Shown here one piece after another: positions 20,181 to 29,000 of a stretch of 64,000 bases of DNA. The notes beneath the pieces are model-generated. The model had not been told where the DNA came from and made no database searches. It saw only the letters and a program-made list of their open reading frames with translations. Within the stretch, counting starts at the first letter, position 1; each line of letters opens with the position of its first letter. The position numbers were made by a program, and so were the translations under genes. The stretch comes from a virus: the IMG/VR virus record IMGVR_UViG_3300045988_139374, positions 64,001 through 128,000 of that record. The stretch is one strand, 5' to 3'.

Positions 20181-20522
20181 ATGAAAAAGAAGACTGCTAA
20201 AAAGCATTACTCACAACTGTATAAGGCTTCTACAATTCAGCAAACAATCTATGATGATGATGCAGATTGGAATAGTCTTACATACTTTTATAGTGGTCAT
20301 ATTATCACTGTCAAGAAATGTAAGAAGTATTTTTCAAAGAAACAATTGTCTAGATTGCTATCTGATAGAAAGACCATTTATAAATTCTGCGATGATATGA
20401 ATGTCAGTTATCCTGATATCAATACCATTATCAGTTGTCTTAAATGGGACACATATAAAGATGCCAAGAGATTCAGCATTGTTTTATTGAATGATATATT
20501 TGCTATTAATCATGAAGGTTAA
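20181..20522 (+). CDS. hypothetical protein
   Basis: I prefer the ATG at 20181 with an AGAAAGG RBS over the track's TTG start at 20139. Confidence 0.55.
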   Translation: MKKKTAKKHYSQLYKASTIQQTIYDDDADWNSLTYFYSGHIITVKKCKKYFSKKQLSRLLSDRKTIYKFCDDMNVSYPDINTIISCLKWDTYKDAKRFSIVLLNDIFAINHEG

Positions 20523-20618
20523 AGCATTTATATATTTTTGAGTAATAAGAGAAAGAAGGAATGCGTATAAGACAACGTGTCCGCAGTAGGAAACTCGTTG
20601 AAAGAAATGGAGATTAAT

Positions 20619-21482
20619 ATGTACTATTATAAAGACCGTCACAGTAAGCAATCTAAGTATACCACTAAAAGAAGAAAGAAAGTCAATTCCATTGCTATTA
20701 CTATTAGCAATTTCAGTGTTACAGTAATGGCAATCTGGCTTATGATGGTTGCTTCTATCATTGGGCTTACGAATACCACATTAGTCCCTAACTATAATGA
20801 AGATATTATCGATCCTTTAAAGATCGGCTCTAAATATCGTCATACAGCTGTAGTTGCCACTCATATTGCAACTACTTCTTTTATAGCAACTCCAATTAAT
20901 GCTATTACAACTACTAATCCTATTGAAGAGGAAAAAATGATTCTGCCAATGTCTGAAGAAGCAGAATTAGAATATGAAGCAGAACTTGCAGCGGAATTGA
21001 TTGCTAGTTCTGAAGAAGCTCAGCAGATTGAGGAAGTTCAACGGCAACCAGTTGTTGAAGAAATTACTACTCAGCCTATTAAAGAGGCAACTCCTGTTAC
21101 TGAAAATATCGAAGAAGAAAACCATACACAATGGTGGACTGAAGAAGATTATCAGTATCTGTTGATGATTATTGTTGGAGAAGCTCAAAACTGTTCTCGA
21201 CAGGAGCAAATGTATGTTGGTTCTGTCGTTCTAAATAGATTACATTCTTCTTGGTTCCCCAAGCAGAATACTATTAAGCAGGTAGCTACTGCTAAAGGTC
21301 AATATGCATGCATGTGGGATGGCAATGCATATAAGACTCCTACTGAAACTAATAAAGAAGTAGCTCTTGAATTACTTAAAAATGGTAGTGTATTACCTGG
21401 AAATGTTGTGTTCCAGGCATTGTTTAAGCAAGGCAATGGTGTTTATTGTAAGATCAATAAAACATATTTCTGCTATAAATAA
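20619..21482 (+). CDS. cell-wall hydrolase, SleB/Hydrolase_2-like, with N-terminal membrane anchor (endolysin candidate)
   Basis: C-terminus IIVGEAQNCSRQEQMYVGSVVLNRL...IKQVATAKGQYACMWDG matches the SleB-family signature. A TM segment (ITISNFSVTVMAIWLMMVASIIGL) and an acidic linker precede it. Confidence 0.7.
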   Translation: MYYYKDRHSKQSKYTTKRRKKVNSIAITISNFSVTVMAIWLMMVASIIGLTNTTLVPNYNEDIIDPLKIGSKYRHTAVVATHIATTSFIATPINAITTTNPIEEEKMILPMSEEAELEYEAELAAELIASSEEAQQIEEVQRQPVVEEITTQPIKEATPVTENIEEENHTQWWTEEDYQYLLMIIVGEAQNCSRQEQMYVGSVVLNRLHSSWFPKQNTIKQVATAKGQYACMWDGNAYKTPTETNKEVALELLKNGSVLPGNVVFQALFKQGNGVYCKINKTYFCYK

Positions 21483-21505
21483 TACATTGCTTTTGATATA
21501 AAGAG

Positions 21506-21542
21506 GTCGGTAGGGAGAAATCTCTACCGACTTTATTTTTTA
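21506..21542 (+). terminator. intrinsic terminator, 11-bp stem with GAAA loop + T-run
   Basis: GTCGGTAGGGA-gaaa-TCTCTACCGAC followed by TTTATTTTTT. Confidence 0.8.
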
Positions 21543-21558
21543 TTTTTAATAGTAAATA

Positions 21559-21605
21559 CTTAGATATTATAATAATGAAATAGAGATACGAAGATACTCT
21601 ATTTC
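21559..21605 (+). promoter_or_regulatory. promoter-like motif CTTAGATATTATAA-taa-TGA plus 9-bp hairpin
   Basis: Matches the repeated box. Hairpin GAAATAGAG/CTCTATTTC at 21577..21605. Confidence 0.55.
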
Positions 21606-21652
21606 AGTCGTCTAATTCACCATAATGCAAAATGTACTGGAGGTACAAAATC

Positions 21653-22039
21653 ATGGCTAATTACAATGTTGGTATTAACCCGTTCATCAATGACAATACC
21701 GGTCATACATCAGTTTCCGCTGGTGTTGATCTGAGTCATCAGATGCCGAATCCGCAGAACAAAGCTTGCTTCAAGCTGATCAAAAAGATGAAGGGCTCAC
21801 AGCAGGTTGATGTGATCTGCAAAAGCTTTGCAGAAATGCCTCCGAAGCTTGAGCTTCTTCAGCTCAAGCAGGAGCTCATCAACCTTGGTGAGCTGGGTGC
21901 ATTGAATGCATCCATCGAGGACCTTTCTGAGTCCGACTTCAAGGTGAGTTTTGTCCACAATGGATCTCTGGTTGAGATCTGTTATGGGCTGATCATGGAA
22001 ACTGAACATAATACGGTTCAGTACGATCCTATGATCTAA
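21653..22039 (+). CDS. hypothetical protein with deviant (GC-richer) codon usage
   Basis: ATG 21653 after GGAGG. About 43-48% GC by hand count against about 30% in its neighbours. The gene has its own promoter-like box and terminator. Confidence 0.6.
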   Translation: MANYNVGINPFINDNTGHTSVSAGVDLSHQMPNPQNKACFKLIKKMKGSQQVDVICKSFAEMPPKLELLQLKQELINLGELGALNASIEDLSESDFKVSFVHNGSLVEICYGLIMETEHNTVQYDPMI

Positions 22040-22046
22040 ACAAAAG

Positions 22047-22085
22047 ACCGAGTGGACTAAACATCCACTCGGTTTTATTTTTTTA
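22047..22085. terminator. bidirectional terminator ACCGAGTGGA/TCCACTCGGT
   Basis: 10-bp stem with a T-run on + and an A-run upstream. Lies between convergent genes. Confidence 0.75.
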
Positions 22086-22086
22086 T

Positions 22087-22680
22087 TTATTCATCTTCCA
22101 TTACAATATTATCGTAGTTTTCTTCATCATCATAAGATTCCTCTTTTTTAATCTCTGCAGGATGAAGATCGTCTCCTTCCGCATCTGCTCCATGCTTCTT
22201 ATAATATTCAATAGCTTCTTGCTCTGCTTGTATTCCATAATGAAATCCATCATAAATGATAGTAATGTATTTATTATATAGCAAATCAAAGATTTCATCT
22301 GAATTAAAAGCTGTCATAATAGCAATGTCAATAGGACAAGAAGAATCATAAATGCCACTATGATTAGAATTTAGATTAAGCCATCCATACCCATCTTTTT
22401 CAATCTTAGATTTTACTTCTTTTATAATATATTCTTCTACATTGTCTTTAAATACTTGAAAATCAGACATAGATATTAGAATGCAATTTCTAATAGTTTC
22501 GTCATTATTACATTCACTTAGAATAAATTTATATAGCTCACCATTTTTATCAAATACTATTTTCTTATAATTATTACTAATCTTCTTTCTATATTTATAT
22601 ACAATAAAAGCTATAATCAATATAATTGATATAATAATTAATAATACAATCTTACCTTGTTTATTCGGGCTAATAAGCAT
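22087..22680 (-). CDS. hypothetical membrane-anchored protein
   Basis: 197 aa with an N-terminal TM (IVLLIIISIILIIAFIV) and an acidic C-terminus. RBS AAAGGAGAG. Confidence 0.55.
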   Translation of the reverse strand: MLISPNKQGKIVLLIIISIILIIAFIVYKYRKKISNNYKKIVFDKNGELYKFILSECNNDETIRNCILISMSDFQVFKDNVEEYIIKEVKSKIEKDGYGWLNLNSNHSGIYDSSCPIDIAIMTAFNSDEIFDLLYNKYITIIYDGFHYGIQAEQEAIEYYKKHGADAEGDDLHPAEIKKEESYDDEENYDNIVMEDE

Positions 22681-22782
22681 AATTAACGACTCTCCTTTTC
22701 TTTTTTATTATAAAAATTAAATAAATGTTTTTGTATTTTTGAAACCTTAATATTAATAACTAAAGAAAGGAGAAAGATATAA

Positions 22783-23011
22783 ATGGTTATTCAAAATCCA
22801 TCAACTCCAATTACTGTTTATTATCAAGATAGTACCACTAATCAGAGTTTTATGAATATGTATTATTTTCTTAAAGCTCGTGGTATTAAGAATAATAAAT
22901 TCTTTTTGTTGTTGTATGATGGTGGATTAATGGGCGTAGACCCAAGGGACCCAAATCTACCTAAACCAATGAAGATGCGCGTTCTTCGAGAATGCATGGT
23001 TAACTATTGGT
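22783..23011 (+). CDS. terL: terminase large subunit, exon 1
   Basis: 76-aa ORF ending ...RVLRECMVNYW, then TAA at the intron start. RBS AAAGGAGAAAG. Confidence 0.65.
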
Positions 23012-24225
23012 AAACTAAGAAATGCCCCTCATTATGGTGACATAGTGTTGAATGCTATTGAACTGCTGGGAAAGGCTAAAGCTCTCTTACCTACAATCAG
23101 GTGTCGAAAGACAGAAACAAGTAGAGAGATGGGTCATGGTGAAATAAAAGCTTATTATATTTCTATCCCTATTATAATAAGTCCTAAAACCTAAAATCAA
23201 TGTCTAATCAGCAACCAACAAACTTATATTAATCTATTTCAATTTTACTAGGAGGGTTAATATGAGTACCAACGGCAAACCTTTAAACGATATTACTGGA
23301 AAGATTTATCACAGTAACAATTGTGGAGATTTTGAAATCTTAGGTGAGATCGAGTATGTAGGAAAAGAGATTCATACAAGTCCATCAAATACAAGATATG
23401 CTTTGAGATTCCTGAATACAGGATATGTAACTGATGCATCACTAGATGCAATTAGACATGGAAGAGTATATGATAGATATACTCCAAATGTTGCTGGGGT
23501 TGGATATATTGGAACAAATATGATTATCAGTGATCCATATCCTTGCCAGTTTTATAAAGCTTGGAACGATATGATGAATAGATGCTATAATAAAGCTGAT
23601 AAAGATTATCCTTTATATGGAGGCATCGGAATCACAGTAGATCCTAGATGGCATAACTTCTCTACATTTATGCTTGATGTTCCATTTCTTCCGCTTTACG
23701 AAAAGAAGTTAATGTATCCTTCTATTTATCAACTTGATAAAGATTTTCTACAAATTCATGTTCCTAAAAATAAAAGAATTTATTCTAGAAATACATGTAT
23801 GTGGTTATCAAAACTTGATAATGTTTTAATGATGTCAAAAGATCGTGATATTAAAGATGGTAATCCATATGTAGGTGTAGTCTATTCTCACAATTGCTGG
23901 AAAACTGTAATAAATGGAGCAGTCTATGGAAAATTTAATGATCCTAAAGCTGCTGCAAATCTTTTCAATTATTTATATCCAAAGCTTAAAGGACCTTTTA
24001 ATGATATCACTATTCTAAATAATGTAGAATATATTCCATTAGAAGAATTGTCGAAATATATTGTTGGTTCAACGACTATCCAAACTGGAGTAGAGCCGCC
24101 TAAAACGGTTCGAAGTAATAGCACACCTCCAATTAATTTTACAGCTACAATTGGAGATGAAGATATAGTCTGAGCTTATGTAACACATAAGATTAACAAG
24201 CGTTAATATATAAAAAATAACGCAG
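23012..24225 (+). mobile_element. group I intron carrying a homing-endonuclease ORF (boundaries +/- a few nt)
   Basis: The 5' 250 nt are homologous to the polymerase intron (GGAAAGGCTAAAGCTCT, GAGATGGGTCATGGTGAAATAAAAGCT, AGTCCTAAAACC...ATGTCTAATCAGCAACC). R GTTCAACGACTAT lies at 24067..24079 and S GATATAGTCT at 24162..24171. The 3' end AATAACGCAG aligns with AATAAACTGCG of the first intron. Splicing gives ...NYW-C-TTNFIRELCRIPTEGG... Confidence 0.7.
23262..24173 (+). CDS. intron-encoded homing endonuclease candidate (family not resolved)
   Basis: 303-aa ORF inside the intron with its own RBS AGGAGGG. It contains the YKAWNDMMNRCYN...YGGIGITVDPRW motif seen in phage endonuclease-like proteins. 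Its last 110 nt overlap the intron R and S core elements. Confidence 0.55.
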   Translation: MSTNGKPLNDITGKIYHSNNCGDFEILGEIEYVGKEIHTSPSNTRYALRFLNTGYVTDASLDAIRHGRVYDRYTPNVAGVGYIGTNMIISDPYPCQFYKAWNDMMNRCYNKADKDYPLYGGIGITVDPRWHNFSTFMLDVPFLPLYEKKLMYPSIYQLDKDFLQIHVPKNKRIYSRNTCMWLSKLDNVLMMSKDRDIKDGNPYVGVVYSHNCWKTVINGAVYGKFNDPKAAANLFNYLYPKLKGPFNDITILNNVEYIPLEELSKYIVGSTTIQTGVEPPKTVRSNSTPPINFTATIGDEDIV

Positions 24226-26246
24226 GTACGACTAATTTCATAAGGGAACTATGTAGGATCCCAACCGAAGGCGGTGCAGTTGGAGCTGGTAAAAGATTCG
24301 AACTAAATCGTGGTAACTTAGCCATGGCATATATGTTCGTTTATAATATTAACCAATTTGTAGAATTTCCTCGACAGCATGGTAAAACTGTTAGCGCCCT
24401 TTGTTGGTATCTTTGGGTTTTTAATTTCGGTGCAACAAATACTAGAATAATGTTTGCTAATAAGAAGCATGAAGACTCTAAAGCAAACTTGAGAACCATG
24501 AAGAATCTAAGAGCTGCCTTACCAGAATATTTGCGTATGGAAGCTCAGTTAGATAGAGATGGTAAACAAATACGTGCTCCAAATACAGCAGAAACATTAC
24601 AGAATCCTATAAATAGAAACTTGATTACCACTCTACCTGGTGCTAGAACTCCGGCTCTAGCAGAAGGTGCAGGACGTGGTGCTACAGTTGCAATTCAATA
24701 TTATGATGAGTTTGCTTTCTTGCCTTATAATGATATTGTATATACTGCTGCTATGCCTGCATTCTCTAAAGCATCTGAGAACGCTAAGTCTAATGGATCT
24801 CCTTATGGAGTATTGATTACTACTACTCCTGGAGACTTGACTACTAGAGAAGGTCAATTTGCTAATCATGTTAGATTGAATGGTACTGAATGGAATGAAA
24901 GTTTTTATGACCTAAGTTATGATGATCTTAAGAAAGTCATTGATGCTAATACAGATTCTAACTTCATGCATATTAGATATACTTATCAAATGCTTGGTAA
25001 TGGTACTGAGTATTTTGATCGCATGGTTAAGGATCTGCAGAAAGACTGGGTTAAGATTCGTCGTGAGGTTCTACTAGAATGGGCTAAGACTGCTGATAAC
25101 AGTCCTTTTAATAGAGAAGATTTGGATATTATCGGAGCTCAAGTAAAGCAGGAACCTAGAAGTATTTTGAGATTTGGTAAAGCTGGACAATTCGTAATGA
25201 AGATTTGGGATACTATACCTATGAATAGTATGTATCCATTCATTATCGGCGTTGACGTTTCTTCTGGTATACATAAAGACTCGTCTGCTATTACAGTTAT
25301 TGATTCTCAAACTACTAAAGTCATTGCTACATTTAAATGTAACTTTATTACGATGCCAGAATTGGCTGATATGATATATCAGTTTACAACTACTTATGCA
25401 AAGAATGCTATTATAAATATCGAAAACAATGGAGGTTTTGGAAGTTCTGTTCTACAGATGCTTATTAAAACTTCTATTAAAAAGAATCTCTATTATGAAA
25501 TTAAAGATCGTATAGATGAAGAGCAATTTGATGGAATGACAGTCAAGCGTAGACCTAAGAAATGTAAAGTCTATGGCTCTACTTCTGGAAAGAATAAACG
25601 TAATCAGCTTATTGAATTGCTGCATCAAAGAGTTCAGCATCATAGAGATAAATTTAATAGTAAAGATATTTATGATGAACTTTGCACAATGGTTGTTAAG
25701 CCTAATGGTAAAGTAGAGCATGCAGACGATGCACATGATGACTTGGTATTCTCTTATCTTTGGGCTTTGTATGTTTTCTATTATGGAGAAGATCTTGCTA
25801 CAAGATTTCATATTATGAAGACAGAGATCTATACTGATGATCATTATGATGAAACTTCTTATAGTCTAGAAGAAGAATATGGTGAAGAAGGAGAAAAACT
25901 AGATCCTAGTGTATTTGCTGATGATGCAGATGCTACTACTCATATGATAAATGATCAGCTCGATTATTTGAGCAAATCTAAGCGTATGAGTATGGAAGAT
26001 TTCCATCTTGCTCAATTAAATGAAGATGAGAAATCTCTGGAAAGAATCAGAAAAACTACAATAGGAAGAAAAGCTATCTCTGATGCTTATCATATTCCTG
26101 AAGATTATTTGGAGAAGCAAGAAAATAATGGATATACAGATATTAGTGCAGATCTGAATAAAATTTGGTATGGAGATAATTCTAAGAATCCTACTAACCC
26201 AACTTTAGCAGGAAACTTAAGTGATCTATTTAATAGAATAAATTAA
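24226..26246 (+). CDS. terL: terminase large subunit, exon 2
   Basis: The frame is open from 24207. Walker A-like EFPRQHGKTVS, Walker B-like IQYYDEFAF, nuclease-type IIGVDVSSG and AHDDLVFS are present. Confidence 0.8.
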
Positions 26247-26251
26247 ATTTT

Positions 26252-26290
26252 AGAGGTAGAGATTTAATCTCTACCTCTATTTTATTTTTC
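26252..26290 (+). terminator. intrinsic terminator AGAGGTAGAGAT/ATCTCTACCTCT + T-run
   Basis: 12-bp stem followed by ATTTTATTTTT. Confidence 0.8.
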
Positions 26291-26335
26291 AATTAGATAT
26301 AATAAATATGAATAGATAGGTATACACTATCTATA
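26291..26335 (+). promoter_or_regulatory. promoter-like motif AATTAGATATAATAA-ata-TGA plus hairpin
   Basis: Matches the repeated box. Hairpin ATAGATAG/CTATCTAT at 26313..26335. Confidence 0.55.
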
Positions 26336-26361
26336 ATCGTCATAATAGAAAGGAATAAAAT

Positions 26362-27504
26362 ATGAAAGAATTATTAATCGAAGGAAAATATGCTACTGCA
26401 AAGGTATTTACAGTAGACAATGAGAAGGATGCAATTGATCAGCATGCTAAAGCACAGATTAAAATGATCTGCGATGATGAAGTATCTAAGGATGCTATCA
26501 TTCGAGTTATGCCTGATGTCCATGCTGGAAAAGTTGGTCCTATTGGTCTTACAATGAAATTAAATCATTGTAGAATCATTCCTAATCTTCTTGGTAATGA
26601 TCTTGGATGTGGAGTTAGCATTTTCAAGATCCATCCTGGGAAGAAACTTACTACATCTGATTTTAATAAATTGGATAAAGTAATTAGAGAGAATATTCCT
26701 GTAAATCTTGCAAGAGGGCCTAGGGATTTATATGGATTTGGTGTGATCAATGCTTTAGGATTTAATACTCCTATACATTCTGATAAGCTGACTCTCTGTT
26801 ATGGAACTCTTGGAAATGGTAATCATTTCATTGAGATCGATATGGATGAGCATGGAGAATATTATCTTACTATTCATACCGGTAGTAGATCTATTGGCCC
26901 TGTTATTAATGATTATTTTAATAGAAAGGGTCAAGAAGAACTCAAATTAAAAGGAATCAATGTTCCTTATGAAATGACATATGTAGAAGATATGTTATAT
27001 GTCCAATATGTAGATGATGTTCGAAAAGCAACTGAATTTGCAAGATTGAATAGAAATAGAATTAGATCTATCATTTGCAGAAAGATGAAATGGGATTCAG
27101 AAATTGAATTTAATGCTCCTCATAATACAATTTCTGAAAAGCATTGCCTCTGTAAAGGAGCAGCATGCGAATTTGAAATGGAGAATAATATCTATATTCC
27201 TATCAATATGAAAGATGGCATTCTCTATGGAGAATTAAATGCAAAGAATAGTGATGAATGGAATTATTCTCTTCCTCATGGTTCCGGCAGATTAATCAAA
27301 AGAAGCGAAGTTAAAAACTCTGTTACTCTTAATATGTTTAAGAAGGAAATGGATGGAGTATTCTCTACATCTGTTTCTAAGGATACACTTGATGAGTCTC
27401 CTTTTGCATATAGAAGAATTGATGAAATCAGAGAAGCTGTATCTGATATTGTCAATGTAAAAGGTGTACTTACTCCTGTGTATAATTTCAAAGGAGGAAA
27501 TTAA
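26362..27504 (+). CDS. rtcB: RtcB-family RNA 3'-phosphate ligase
   Basis: MPDVHAGK, GNDLGCGVS, GTLGNGNHFIEID, HTGSRSIG, APHNTI and LPHGSGRL match the RtcB metal- and GTP-binding motifs. At 380 aa it is of the short RtcB2-like size. Confidence 0.9.
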   Translation: MKELLIEGKYATAKVFTVDNEKDAIDQHAKAQIKMICDDEVSKDAIIRVMPDVHAGKVGPIGLTMKLNHCRIIPNLLGNDLGCGVSIFKIHPGKKLTTSDFNKLDKVIRENIPVNLARGPRDLYGFGVINALGFNTPIHSDKLTLCYGTLGNGNHFIEIDMDEHGEYYLTIHTGSRSIGPVINDYFNRKGQEELKLKGINVPYEMTYVEDMLYVQYVDDVRKATEFARLNRNRIRSIICRKMKWDSEIEFNAPHNTISEKHCLCKGAACEFEMENNIYIPINMKDGILYGELNAKNSDEWNYSLPHGSGRLIKRSEVKNSVTLNMFKKEMDGVFSTSVSKDTLDESPFAYRRIDEIREAVSDIVNVKGVLTPVYNFKGGN

Positions 27505-28112
27505 TGCTAATTCAAATTAGTTCTGGTATCGGAGCTCCTGCAGAATGTGAGCGAGCAGTTTATCTCTTTTCACAGAAGCTCATCTCTGAACTTGATGCTA
27601 CTATTGTCAAGAAGAAAGAATCTGGATTTCATAAAGGATGCTATAAATCTTGCATTCTGAAAACTGATAAGCAAATTAATTCCATTGAATACAATGGCAC
27701 TATTCAGTGGATCTGTAAAAGTCCTTTTAGAATTGGATGGCCTAGAAAGAATTGGTTCATTGATGTGAGCACCATTGATGAAGCTCAATTTATCGATCCT
27801 AATGTTGAAGGGCAAATCTCTTATGAAACTTTTCGTAGTGGAGGAAATGGAGGACAGAATGTAAATAAAGTAGAAACTGCAGTAAGAGGAGTTCATAAGC
27901 CTACTGGGATTTCTGTAGTTTCTATGAAGGAAAGATCTCAGCTTCAGAATAAGAAGGATGTAGAAAATCGCATTTCTGAAAGAATTGTAGATATTAATAA
28001 AAATAGTGAAGCAATTCAAAAGAATTCTGAATGGAAAGAGATCAATAAAATTGTACGTGGCAATCCTATTAGAGTATATAAGGGACCAAATTTTAAAAGA
28101 ATCGATAAATAA
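27504..28112 (+). CDS. prfH: peptide chain release factor H-like protein (GGQ domain)
   Basis: Matches PrfH as I recall it along its full length: MLIQISSGIGAPAEC, GTIQWICKSPFR...RKNWF, YETFRSGGNGGQNVNKVETAVRGVH, ERSQLQNK, RGNPIRVY. The start overlaps the rtcB stop (TAATG). Confidence 0.85.
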   Translation: MLIQISSGIGAPAECERAVYLFSQKLISELDATIVKKKESGFHKGCYKSCILKTDKQINSIEYNGTIQWICKSPFRIGWPRKNWFIDVSTIDEAQFIDPNVEGQISYETFRSGGNGGQNVNKVETAVRGVHKPTGISVVSMKERSQLQNKKDVENRISERIVDINKNSEAIQKNSEWKEINKIVRGNPIRVYKGPNFKRIDK

Positions 28113-28143
28113 AAATTCATATAAAAAGAAAGGAAGTTTTATT

Positions 28144-28524
28144 ATGGATTACCGTTTTAATTATGATGATGCTATCGTCAATTATCAAGTTGTAGAAATT
28201 AATGGCATCAAGTGTTTATTTACAGAGAGCCGTCTTCATAGATTCCCACTCCCTGGATTCATCAAAATGTATGATCTTAGACATGGAGATAATCCCAGTC
28301 GTCCTAAAACTCTTGAACCTGCTGTTGTAGTAAATTTCTTTGGCACTATTATCACTGATCACACTTTCAATCTTAATGAAAGTAAAGCAACTGGTAATCC
28401 TGTTGATAAATTTATGCGCCTCAACAGAAACAACTTTAAATATGCATATGAAGACGATGTATGCGGCACTGATGCATGCAAATGGATCAGTGATCATAGT
28501 GTTGAAAAAGACTATGATGAATAA
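28144..28524 (+). CDS. hypothetical protein, third gene of the rtcB-prfH transcription unit
   Basis: I prefer the ATG at 28144 with an AGAAAGGAAG RBS over the track's upstream start. The motif LFTESRL...PGFIKMYDLRHGDNPSRP...VVVNFFGTIIT resembles a small domain I recall from conjugative-element polyvalent proteins, but I am not sure of that recollection. Confidence 0.5.
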   Translation: MDYRFNYDDAIVNYQVVEINGIKCLFTESRLHRFPLPGFIKMYDLRHGDNPSRPKTLEPAVVVNFFGTIITDHTFNLNESKATGNPVDKFMRLNRNNFKYAYEDDVCGTDACKWISDHSVEKDYDE

Positions 28525-28532
28525 ATAAAAAG

Positions 28533-28571
28533 TCCGGGTAGGATCACTCCTACCCGGATTTATTTTTTTTT
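28533..28571. terminator. bidirectional terminator TCCGGGTAGGA/TCCTACCCGGA + T9
   Basis: 11-bp stem flanked by an A-run and a T-run, between convergent genes. Confidence 0.8.
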
Positions 28572-28581
28572 GTATTACTAG

Positions 28582-28974
28582 CTAAGATTTTATATAAACC
28601 ATATTAGTGTATCTACAATTCTTAGGATCACCATCTATATTAGAAGCATGATAACCCCTCTCTAAATAACTACTTGCATTAGCAATATAGCTACAAGCTA
28701 CCAAGTCTTTAATATAAAATGGTTCTAATCTCCATTTTCCATCTTTCACGCATGAAAGATTTACATATGGAATATTATTCTTAAAAGCCCAAGAAATATA
28801 AGAATCATTAATTACAGAATATACTTGTCCAGTCTTAGTAATACAATATAAATTAGGAAGAAGACCAGGATATGAGAGAATCTTAGCTTCTTCCATGCTA
28901 TCATGACTACTGAATCCTCTAACAGTAATCATGTTTTGCATCAGATCATAGTATCCATCTTTAGAAGAGTCCAT
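28582..28974 (-). CDS. free-standing HNH_3/NUMOD4-like endonuclease homolog, possibly inactive
   Basis: TKTGQVYSVINDS...YVNLSCVKDGKWRLEPFYIKDLVACSYIAN...ASNIDGDPKNCRYTNMVY follows the HNH_3 layout. However, the usual His before IDG is Asn. Confidence 0.45.
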   Translation of the reverse strand: MDSSKDGYYDLMQNMITVRGFSSHDSMEEAKILSYPGLLPNLYCITKTGQVYSVINDSYISWAFKNNIPYVNLSCVKDGKWRLEPFYIKDLVACSYIANASSYLERGYHASNIDGDPKNCRYTNMVYIKS

Positions 28975-29000
28975 AACAGGTTCTCCTATTCTTATGGGTA

